Assembly: GCA_964349045.1 (NCBI GenBank)
Contig: CAYGFI010000002.1
Location: 39,879 to 103,878 of the forward strand
Source of the DNA: an uncultured Chitinophaga sp.
GTDB taxonomy: Bacteria; Bacteroidota; Bacteroidia; Bacteroidales; GCA-2748055
DNA: 64,000 nt
Direction: 5' to 3'
A program made the translations under genes and the position numbers. The notes under the pieces were generated by a model. That model ran no database searches, had not been told where the DNA came from, and saw only the letters and a program-made list of their open reading frames with translations. The first letter of the stretch is position 1. Each line of letters opens with the position of its first letter. Of this stretch, positions 53,511 through 61,987 are shown one piece after another.

Positions 53511-56500
53511 CTATTTATATGGTTTTATATGTATAGTGAAATTGTACATCGTCGGTAAAACCCTGTACTGGTTGAGCACAGAGATTGCAGTACAACCCAC
53601 CCCGCTGGTTGCATAATCAAAGTTAAAAGTAATTCCGTTAAATGGCTTTACCTGATAAGGATACCTTGCCCGGGTCATATTGTCGGTGTTGTAAGGATGC
53701 GCATTGAAATTAAAAAGTTCACTTCCTGTAAATTCCAGCCCAAAACCGTCTGCAGTTTCCAGTCGCACCCAACGGTTATCAGTCCGCAGACCATAATCCT
53801 GCGGAACAAGGTATGGCTCTTTCATTTCGTGAACGGCGCTTTTATAAACACCAATTTTCGCACCTGTTTTACGGTCGGGGTAATTCTCAAACGGACCGCG
53901 TCCGTACCACTCAACAATATTTAATTCCTGGTTGATGTTCATCTGGATTCCCATCCTGGGCAACCAGGCGGGCATCAATCCTTGTGGAACAACAGAATGT
54001 TGAAGCTGGATTTCTCCATTTCCATCAACCAGGTAGACATAATGGTTATCAAATGCGGTACCAAAGGTAATCCCTTCTGCATGATCCTGAACTTCAACTT
54101 TTACCTTTTTGTCATGGGTCATTGAGACAGACAATTGATCAAGTTTATATGTCAGGTGATCAAGTCCGAGAGAGCGCCAGTTATTGGCAGGATCTTCTCC
54201 CATACCAGGTTTTCGGTACGTTAAATCGGAACGCCACAAGGCCCACTGGTCGAGTTCATTTGCGAGCGGAGCCCGCCAGACATTTAGTTTAGGGCCTTCA
54301 TTAATCATCTGTTTTCCAAGATATTGCAAAGAAGATAGCCGTCCTGTTGATTTATCAAACCAGTATTCAAAGTCATTTCCTGTGATGGTGATATTATCAC
54401 TATCCTCTGCAAAAGACACAAGGGGCAGTGTCTGTTCTAATGACATCTCCTCACTTTTTTTCCAGGGAAGCTCCAGCTGGTTCCATGCCACCTCAAATCC
54501 CGCTGGCGCCCAGGCTTCTGCTTTTTCCAGGCTGAAACTAACAAGAAGCCGGTATTCGGTATTTGACTTAAGATCAGGCTTCTCAATTGGAATTCTTACT
54601 ATTTTTCTTTGAAGGGGAGCAATATCAGGATTTAATTCACCTTGTTGAATTACTTCCCCATCAGCCTGAAGCTGCCATGCTGTTTTCAGTTCGTTCAGAT
54701 TTGTGAAATGGAAACGATTCCAGATTTCTACTGTCCCTTCCTGCGGATTTAGCCATTCTACACTTGCCGGCTGGGCTGATTTTTTAACCTGCCACATTTC
54801 CGGTTGCGGAGTACGGTCGGGCCAGATAAGACCATATGTACGCCCCCCTATTCCCATGGAATAAAAAGTTCCTGCTTCTCTGACTTCATCGAAATCGAGC
54901 CAGAGCTGTGCTTCATTTTTAAGTGCTGGAGTTGGGTTAAGAAGCTGATCAATGGGTATGGCTTTATCGAAAACGGCCACCTGGTCGAATCGTGCATTGC
55001 TTGTTCTCCCGGGATATTCCTGTCCTTCAATTTCGGGATTACGGCCGATGTTTACCGGGTATGGTTTATTTGTAATGGTTCCGGAAAAGGATTTAAAACC
55101 TGACAGGTTTTTATCTACATAAATAGATAGTGTTTTGCCATCGTATATTCCTGCAAGATGATGCCAGTTGTTTTCCCAATTTTGCGGAACGGGTACCGTT
55201 ACCGAATTACGTTTTGAATCAGTAACATAAAACACCAGCGAATCCTTATGATTCTGACAGAGTCCGAACTGGTAGCTTCCTTTTGTTATAAAAGTTCCAT
55301 CAGTATTCCATTTCCGGGGATAAACCCATAACGAAATGGTAAGCTGGCTTCCTGTAATATCGAGGGATGGATCCCTGTAAACATCTACCCATTGATCGTG
55401 TCCGCTCAGTTCCACTGCATTACCGGATTTCCCGGGAACCAGTTTTCCCCGGCCTTTAATCGTGGTATTAATATTGTTTTTTGATGCATCAGTAAGTAAG
55501 AGTATCTTTTCGGTTATCCCCGGACTTACATAATCCCATAAGGCTCCGCCAATACAACGCGGGTATTTGTAAATTACGTCCCAGTATTCATCGAGTCCCC
55601 CTCCCCCGTTACCCTGAACTGAAATATACTCGTCCATGAAGGAAGGGCGTGGATCCTGAGATTCAGGAACCTGGGCAATCCGTGTTTTCAATTCATATGG
55701 AGTGGCGTAGCGGGGTCCATAAATATCTTCGCAGGGAACTTCGTTTTTCCAGGTAACATCATCCGCATTGCCTCCATACATGAAAATGCGGGAAGGGTCA
55801 AGTCGCTTACCTTCTTTTATTACTTCACAGATATTGTTTCCAAAACCACTTTCATTTCCAGCGCTCCAGAAGATTACCGATGGGTGGTTCCGGTCGCGAA
55901 GGATCATCCCACGAACCCTGTCAACATAGGCATCACGCCATTCGGGCATTTCAGAGATGTATTCTGTTGCATGAGATTCATCGCCGGTTTCGTCAACTAT
56001 ATATATTCCCATCTCATCAGCAAGGTCGAGATATTCAATGGTTGGAGGGTAGTGTGAAGTGCGGACGCAGTTTATGTTGAACTGCTTCATCAGAGTGAAA
56101 TCTTTCAGGATGGTAGCCCTGTCCATAGTGTGGCCCAGCTCGGGGTGCTGCATATGGCTATTGACCCCGTTCAGTTTTACAGGTACTCCATTTACATACA
56201 ATGCCTGGTGTTTTACCTCTACCTCTTTAAATCCAATGCGGTTTGAAAGGATTTCAACCACTTTTCCCTCTTCATCAAGGAGCTCCAGGGTAAGACAATA
56301 AAGATCAGGTTTTTCGTCTGACCACCTGTCAGGTTTTATGACCTGACAGGTATGATTAACCATCTGAATGGAATTCCCCTTAACTGTTACCGTTTTGGTA
56401 ACAAGATTCTGCACAACAGGCTTGCGGTTTTTATCAAATAAATTGAACCGAACAGTTAATCCACTTTGAACTGATCCGGTGTAGTTGGCAATTTCTGCTG

Positions 56501-57290
56501 AAATAGTAAGCTCAGCATTAATGTATTCTGCATCAAGGTCCGTTGTAACGTAATAATCACGCAAATGAACTTTTGGAGTTGCCATCAGGTATACATCCCT
56601 GAAAATCCCCGACAAACGCCAGAAATCCTGATCTTCCAGATAGGTCCCGTCAGAATATTTGTAAACATTAACCGCCACCAGATTTTTACCCGGTTTAAGA
56701 AATTTTGTAATGTTATATTCAGCTGGTTCGTTTGCGCCCTGATTATAACCAACCTCCTTTCCGTTAACCCATACAAATGATGCAGAGGTAGTTCCTTCCA
56801 TCCGGAGAAACACTTCCTTTTCTTTCCAATTGGAAGGCAGGGTAAAGGTTTTGCGGTACGAACCAACCGGATTATAATCATGCGGGATGAAAGGCGGATT
56901 TGATCGGAAAGGATGGGATATATTTCTGAAAACAGGATCTCCATACCCATGCATCTCCCAGTTGGAGGGGACAACCAGGTTATCCCATTTGCTGTCGTTG
57001 AATTTTTCAGAAAAGAAATCCTGAGGGGATGCTTCCGGGTTTTCAGACCATTTAAACTTCCAGGTTCCGTTAAGGGATAGGTATGAACCTGATTTATTCC
57101 AGTTGTTTTCCAGAGCATCTTCAACAGATGAAAAGGGTACCATGGGAACGTGACCTGTTTCCTGGTTCAGAGCGAATTTGCCGGGGTCTTCAATATAATC
57201 ATAAACGTTTTCCAGGAAACCCAGTTCCTGGCTGAAAGCGCTGTTTATACAAAGAAGGAAAGCTGAAAGGACAATATTAATCTTTTTCAT
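53511..57290 (-). CDS. Glycoside hydrolase family 2 LacZ-type beta-galactosidase carrying a LamG_3-like insertion
   Basis: 1,259 aa with a signal peptide. ..NHPSVIFWSAGNESG.. (acid/base), ..FMDEYISVQGNGGGGLDEYW.. (nucleophile region). C-terminal ..TDNRWVRLE..FNFNAHPY.. is the LacZ domain-5 pattern. aa ~592-785 look like a concanavalin/LamG domain. Confidence 0.85.
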   Translation of the reverse strand: MKKINIVLSAFLLCINSAFSQELGFLENVYDYIEDPGKFALNQETGHVPMVPFSSVEDALENNWNKSGSYLSLNGTWKFKWSENPEASPQDFFSEKFNDSKWDNLVVPSNWEMHGYGDPVFRNISHPFRSNPPFIPHDYNPVGSYRKTFTLPSNWKEKEVFLRMEGTTSASFVWVNGKEVGYNQGANEPAEYNITKFLKPGKNLVAVNVYKYSDGTYLEDQDFWRLSGIFRDVYLMATPKVHLRDYYVTTDLDAEYINAELTISAEIANYTGSVQSGLTVRFNLFDKNRKPVVQNLVTKTVTVKGNSIQMVNHTCQVIKPDRWSDEKPDLYCLTLELLDEEGKVVEILSNRIGFKEVEVKHQALYVNGVPVKLNGVNSHMQHPELGHTMDRATILKDFTLMKQFNINCVRTSHYPPTIEYLDLADEMGIYIVDETGDESHATEYISEMPEWRDAYVDRVRGMILRDRNHPSVIFWSAGNESGFGNNICEVIKEGKRLDPSRIFMYGGNADDVTWKNEVPCEDIYGPRYATPYELKTRIAQVPESQDPRPSFMDEYISVQGNGGGGLDEYWDVIYKYPRCIGGALWDYVSPGITEKILLLTDASKNNINTTIKGRGKLVPGKSGNAVELSGHDQWVDVYRDPSLDITGSQLTISLWVYPRKWNTDGTFITKGSYQFGLCQNHKDSLVFYVTDSKRNSVTVPVPQNWENNWHHLAGIYDGKTLSIYVDKNLSGFKSFSGTITNKPYPVNIGRNPEIEGQEYPGRTSNARFDQVAVFDKAIPIDQLLNPTPALKNEAQLWLDFDEVREAGTFYSMGIGGRTYGLIWPDRTPQPEMWQVKKSAQPASVEWLNPQEGTVEIWNRFHFTNLNELKTAWQLQADGEVIQQGELNPDIAPLQRKIVRIPIEKPDLKSNTEYRLLVSFSLEKAEAWAPAGFEVAWNQLELPWKKSEEMSLEQTLPLVSFAEDSDNITITGNDFEYWFDKSTGRLSSLQYLGKQMINEGPKLNVWRAPLANELDQWALWRSDLTYRKPGMGEDPANNWRSLGLDHLTYKLDQLSVSMTHDKKVKVEVQDHAEGITFGTAFDNHYVYLVDGNGEIQLQHSVVPQGLMPAWLPRMGIQMNINQELNIVEWYGRGPFENYPDRKTGAKIGVYKSAVHEMKEPYLVPQDYGLRTDNRWVRLETADGFGLEFTGSELFNFNAHPYNTDNMTRARYPYQVKPFNGITFNFDYATSGVGCTAISVLNQYRVLPTMYNFTIHIKPYK

Positions 57291-57440
57291 GCGGTCAGTT
57301 TAGCATTTGGCTGGTGCAACCGTAAATATAAAAAAAGATTCTTTCAAACCTTACACCTTGTTCAAATATTAAAGGGGTTGATGGTTGTAATTTAAAGTTC
57401 AGATATTATAGAACCGAGCGGCGTAATCATACCAATCCTA

Positions 57441-58613
57441 TTATTCATACAAAACATATTTCGCCCTCAAGGCCTGGTACTCTTCCAAGTCCTTTTCCCA
57501 TTTCTGCTTTATTTCATCAATTGTAAGCCCTGCCTCAATATCTTTACGAAACTGATCCGTTCCAGCCAGTTTTTCAAAATACGGTTTAAAGAAATTGCCT
57601 TTGTCACCCGAGTCATTATAAGCCTGTATAAGCCATTCCAAACGGAGCCCCTCCCAGTTCCCTTCCTCCGGTAAATAGCCTCTTAAATCAATCCCTTTGC
57701 ACTTCTGATTCTCAAATTTAGGTTGCACTGAGGCTCCGGGACGGCTTATGGGTGTATATTCAAAATCCCCGCCATTGAATTCCGGGTACCCGAAAACCTG
57801 GAAAGGAAAATCAGTTCCCCTCCCCTCGCTTACTATGGTTCCTTCAAAAAATGCAAGAGATGGATAAAGCCGGATTGCCTGTATATTAGGTAGGTTTGGG
57901 GAAGGGGGTACCGGGGGAATATATTCGCTTTTGTGTTTATAATTTTTGCAGGGAACCCAGCTGAGATTGCACTTCAGACTGTCTTTCAACCATCCCTCGC
58001 CGTTTATCATCCTGGCGTATTCTGCTACTGTCATTCCATGAACAACAGGAACGGGGTGCATCCCGACAAATGATTCAAATCCCTTTTCAAGGATGGGGCC
58101 GTCAATATAATTTCCATTGGGATTGGGCCGGTCGAGCACCAGGAATTCCTTTCCGTTTTCTGCACAGGCTTCCATGAGGTAATGCATGGAAGATATAAAT
58201 GTATAAAACCTTGCCCCTACATCCTGGATATCAAAAACCACGATATCTATGTCACTTAACTGAGTGGGTGTGGGTTTACGATTTTTACCATAAAGTGATA
58301 TTATTGGAAGTCCGGTGACCGGGTCTTTCCCGTCTTTTATAAGTGTTCCGTCTGCCTCATTTCCCCTGAAACCGTGCTCTGCGGAGAATATCTTTTTCAC
58401 ATCAATTCCGAGGGAGACAAGGGTGTCCACCAGGTGTCTATTGCCAACCATAGTTGTTTGATTGGCCATTACAGCAATTCGCCTATTTTCGAGCATTGGC
58501 AGATAAACTTCTGTTTGGTCTGATCCGCATTGAACAGGTGGTTTACATACCGGAGCCTGTGAACAAGCAAGAATCGAAATCATTAATAATGCACAAATGA
58601 ATAATCGGATCAT
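57441..58613 (-). CDS. DUF1343-family protein (exo-beta-N-acetylmuramidase NamZ-like) lipoprotein
   Basis: MIRLFICALLMISILACS lipobox. ..VMANQTTMVGNRHLVDTL..GIDVKKIFSAEHGFRG.., ..FDIQDVGARFYTFISSM.. are typical DUF1343 blocks. The listed ORF (to 58829) overlaps the upstream ATPase and is probably over-extended. Confidence 0.8.
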   Translation of the reverse strand: MIRLFICALLMISILACSQAPVCKPPVQCGSDQTEVYLPMLENRRIAVMANQTTMVGNRHLVDTLVSLGIDVKKIFSAEHGFRGNEADGTLIKDGKDPVTGLPIISLYGKNRKPTPTQLSDIDIVVFDIQDVGARFYTFISSMHYLMEACAENGKEFLVLDRPNPNGNYIDGPILEKGFESFVGMHPVPVVHGMTVAEYARMINGEGWLKDSLKCNLSWVPCKNYKHKSEYIPPVPPSPNLPNIQAIRLYPSLAFFEGTIVSEGRGTDFPFQVFGYPEFNGGDFEYTPISRPGASVQPKFENQKCKGIDLRGYLPEEGNWEGLRLEWLIQAYNDSGDKGNFFKPYFEKLAGTDQFRKDIEAGLTIDEIKQKWEKDLEEYQALRAKYVLYE

Positions 58614-58623
58614 AGTTTTATAT

Positions 58624-59757
58624 TTATTCAATCCCTGTAAATCCCATATAATTATCCGGATTAATAAGTGCAAACTCTGTATTTGAGTAGTTTGTTGAGA
58701 ATGTTGCAGATAAAGTTGCTTTCTTTTTTGAATTCCACTTAAATTCATAACAATAGAGTTTCCCATCCCGCTCTTCAATGTAATCAATTTCCTGTTGTTG
58801 TGTTGTTCTCCAAAAATAGCAACTTGCATAATTCATGGAATAATTATTACGTTTAAACCTTTCACAAATCAAATAATTCTCCCACAATGCTCTAATATCC
58901 GTTCGGATTGCAAGCGGATTAAAATTCGAAATCAAAGCGTTTCGTACGCCATTATCATAGAAGTAAATTTTTCTGCTCTTTTTAAGCTCGTTGCGAACAT
59001 TTCGACTGAATGACCGCAGATGAAATAAAATATATGATTTTTCGAGTAAATCAATATATCTCTGGACAGTGGCGGTATCTATGCCCAGTAATTGCGATAA
59101 TTCATTAAATGACACCTCATTACCAACCTGCAATGCGAGGGCCTGTAAAAGCTTTTCAATGATCTCGGGTTTCCGAATATCCTGAAATTCGAAAATGTCT
59201 TTGTATAAATAGCTTGATACGATATTTGTCAGAATTTCCCGTTCGTTTCCCATGTTATTTACAACATCAGGATACATCCCATAAATCATACGATGCTGTA
59301 ACAACCTGTTTTCCTCTAACAATCCATTCGCATTTACTAACTCTTTAAAGGTAAACGGAAACATTTTATATTCAAATTTTCTTCCGGTTAACGATTCGCT
59401 GATAGAATTAGAAAGTTCCAAAGCCGAAGATCCGGTAACAATAATTTGCTTTTCCTGAAAGTTATCAACCAGTAATTTCAAAGTAATACCAATATCTTTC
59501 ACCCGTTGTGCTTCATCAATAAGAATTAATTCCGATTTCCCGATTAATACTTTTAACTGTGTTGAGTTAGGTAATTCCAGCTTTTTCCTTACATCAGGTT
59601 CATCACAATTCAAAAACAAGGTTTGCTTATCACTGCTCGTTGAAATCTGGTTTAGCAAAGTTGTTTTCCCCACCTGTCTGGGACCAACAACAATTATTGC
59701 CTTTTTCTGATATAGCCTGCTAGCAATAATAGGTTCTAACTCCCGGTTTATATTCAT
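58624..59757 (-). CDS. AAA-family ATPase with C-terminal DUF4143 (paralog 3)
   Basis: Walker A GPRQVGKTT, ..LILIDEAQ.. . C-terminal ..YFWRTTQQQEIDYIEERDGKLYCYEFKW.. . Collinear with paralog 1. Ends 10 nt upstream of the DUF1343 start. Confidence 0.85.
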   Translation of the reverse strand: MNINRELEPIIASRLYQKKAIIVVGPRQVGKTTLLNQISTSSDKQTLFLNCDEPDVRKKLELPNSTQLKVLIGKSELILIDEAQRVKDIGITLKLLVDNFQEKQIIVTGSSALELSNSISESLTGRKFEYKMFPFTFKELVNANGLLEENRLLQHRMIYGMYPDVVNNMGNEREILTNIVSSYLYKDIFEFQDIRKPEIIEKLLQALALQVGNEVSFNELSQLLGIDTATVQRYIDLLEKSYILFHLRSFSRNVRNELKKSRKIYFYDNGVRNALISNFNPLAIRTDIRALWENYLICERFKRNNYSMNYASCYFWRTTQQQEIDYIEERDGKLYCYEFKWNSKKKATLSATFSTNYSNTEFALINPDNYMGFTGIE

Positions 59758-60010
59758 TGAAAGAAATTTGTATAAAAATATGATAAATTTCGATTATAAT
59801 CTAAATTTATTATGATATTTCGAGATTATAGCCACAATTTATTATATGTATTTGATTTCATTCTTTCCATTCCAACTTTTAGCGCCAAGAGGAAACTCAG
59901 GAAAAATAATCAATTGCCAACACTCACTCATCTATACCATTAACAAATTCATCGTGAGACTTTGAAGCTTTGTGCCATTTAGTAGTTCATAAAAAAATGT
60001 CTTTCCTGAT

Positions 60011-61315
60011 ATGGCTCGTACTTTAAGACACGAATTTATTACTTTTACGCATCGATTAAAACCAAAAGGATTGAATACTGAGTTTTTTATTGCAAAAAGG
60101 CTTAACAGCAGAAAGGAAACGGGCAAACGATTCCCCGGAACGATTATGGGAATTGCTGTATTTGGCATTGCGCTTGGCCTGGCAGTGATGCTGGTTGCTA
60201 TTTCAATTGTTACGGGCTTTAAAGAAGAGATCAGTAATAAGGTAATAGGCTTTGGATCGCATATCCAGATATTAAATTACGATTCCAATGTATCGTTCGA
60301 AACCAGTCCCATCGATGCCAATCCGGATTTCCTCCCCCTTATAAAAAATACAACCGGAATTAAGCACATACAGGTTTTTGGTCTTAAGGCTGGTATTGTA
60401 AAGACTCCGAACGATATACAGGGATTGGTTTTAAAGGGAGTCGGCCAGGATTATGACTGGAGTTTTTTCGACAGATCCATGTTGGAAGGCAATTCTTTCC
60501 GGATGGACCACGATACAGTCTCAAACAGCATTGTAATCTCCTCCTTCCTGGCAAAAAAGCTGAAACTCGAGACCGGGGATAGTTTCCAGATGTGGTTTAT
60601 CCAGGATACACCGCGTTTCAGGAAATTTACCATTTCAGGGGTTTATGAAACCAGCCTCCAGGAGTTCGATAAAACTTTTGCGATGGTTGATATCAGGCAT
60701 ATCCAGAGGCTTTCCGGGTGGCAGGAAAACCAGGTAAGCGGACTTGAAATGATGGTAACTGATTTTAAAGACATAGACCGCATTACCAATGAAGTCAATG
60801 AGATTGTTTCCACTACATTTTTTGGGGATGGATCAAGACTTAAGGTGCTGAATATCGTGGAAAAATATCCTCAGATCTTCGACTGGCTGAACCTGCAGGA
60901 TATAAATGTTCTCGTAATCATAATCCTGATGCTTATTGTTGCCGGTATTAACATGATCTCCGGTCTTCTTATAATTATTCTCGATCGCACTAATATGATA
61001 GGAATTCTAAAAGCTCTGGGCACTTCCAACAGGAGCATCCGAAGAATATTTTTATACCAGTCATCCTATCTTATCCTGAAGGGTTTACTCTGGGGAAATT
61101 TATTAGGAATCGGCCTTTGTTTACTTCAGAAACAATTCAGCATTATTCATCTCGATCCGACTTCGTATTATCTGACCACAGTGCCGGTTAATATAAACCT
61201 GATAAACCTGTTTCTGCTGAATACAGGTACTGTGGTTGTTATTTTGACTTTTCTGATTTTGCCATCGATGCTTATAAGCAGGATATCACCGGCGGAATCG
61301 ATCCGGTTTAAATGA
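60011..61315 (+). CDS. LolC/E-like ABC transporter permease (MacB-type periplasmic domain plus FtsX domain)
   Basis: ..FFIAKRL.. N-terminus, four hydrophobic spans, periplasmic domain between TM1 and TM2, ..ILKALGTSNRSIRRIF.. FtsX signature. In-frame TTG 60071 ((M)NTEFFIAKRL) is an alternative and perhaps better start. Confidence 0.8.
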   Translation: MARTLRHEFITFTHRLKPKGLNTEFFIAKRLNSRKETGKRFPGTIMGIAVFGIALGLAVMLVAISIVTGFKEEISNKVIGFGSHIQILNYDSNVSFETSPIDANPDFLPLIKNTTGIKHIQVFGLKAGIVKTPNDIQGLVLKGVGQDYDWSFFDRSMLEGNSFRMDHDTVSNSIVISSFLAKKLKLETGDSFQMWFIQDTPRFRKFTISGVYETSLQEFDKTFAMVDIRHIQRLSGWQENQVSGLEMMVTDFKDIDRITNEVNEIVSTTFFGDGSRLKVLNIVEKYPQIFDWLNLQDINVLVIIILMLIVAGINMISGLLIIILDRTNMIGILKALGTSNRSIRRIFLYQSSYLILKGLLWGNLLGIGLCLLQKQFSIIHLDPTSYYLTTVPVNINLINLFLLNTGTVVVILTFLILPSMLISRISPAESIRFK

Positions 61316-61321
61316 TTCCAT

Positions 61322-61987
61322 ATGACTTTTGAAGAAAAAATATCACTCATCAGATATGAACTGCAAAAGACTTTACCCGGTCAGAAGCTGCAATACATTA
61401 TGGCTCCTGAGTTTCGGACAAGTCCTGATTTGTCTTCCCCTGATAAAAAAGCGGCAGTGATGATCTGTATATTTCCTGAAGATCAGGATTTTCAGATTGT
61501 TTTCATTAAAAGGAGTGAATATGATGGCCCACATGGAGGACAGGTAAGTTTTCCGGGGGGAGTATTTGAAACCACTGATAAGGATCTTGAAGAGACAGCA
61601 ATCCGTGAAACAAGGGAAGAAATTGGTCTGAGTTTTGAAAAATCGGCAATCCTTGGAGCACTTACTCCTCTTGTAATACCCATCAGTAAAATGCATGTAC
61701 AACCATTCGTTGGATATTACAGTTTGAAACCGGTTTTTTCAATTGATAAACGTGAAGTTGAATATCTTATAATTACTTCATTGAGTGAATTACTGAATCC
61801 CTTATGCATAAAAAAAGAGAATTGGTTGCTTCATGGAATGGAAATACAGGTTCCCTTTTACAGGATAAACGAGAGTATTATCTGGGGAGCGACCGCGATG
61901 ATTTTAAGTGAGTTCCTGGCTGTTATTTCAGGTTCTGGGCTATATCCACAAATTCAATATTCAGGTAATGATCGTACCGATACATAA
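61322..61987 (+). CDS. NUDIX hydrolase (CoA pyrophosphatase-like)
   Basis: NUDIX box ..FPGGVFETTDKDLEETAIRETREEIGL.. preceded by ..AAVMICIF.. . The last 65 nt overlap the convergent MltF-like gene. Confidence 0.8.
   Translation: MTFEEKISLIRYELQKTLPGQKLQYIMAPEFRTSPDLSSPDKKAAVMICIFPEDQDFQIVFIKRSEYDGPHGGQVSFPGGVFETTDKDLEETAIRETREEIGLSFEKSAILGALTPLVIPISKMHVQPFVGYYSLKPVFSIDKREVEYLIITSLSELLNPLCIKKENWLLHGMEIQVPFYRINESIIWGATAMILSEFLAVISGSGLYPQIQYSGNDRTDT

Noticed and set aside
61923-61987. 65-nt convergent overlap of the NUDIX and MltF-like genes, considered as an antisense regulatory arrangement
   Set aside because: Tail-to-tail overlaps of this size are common. They can also reflect a slightly over-long NUDIX C-terminus (..SGSGLYPQIQYSGNDRTDT has no conserved look). 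I see no additional structure there.
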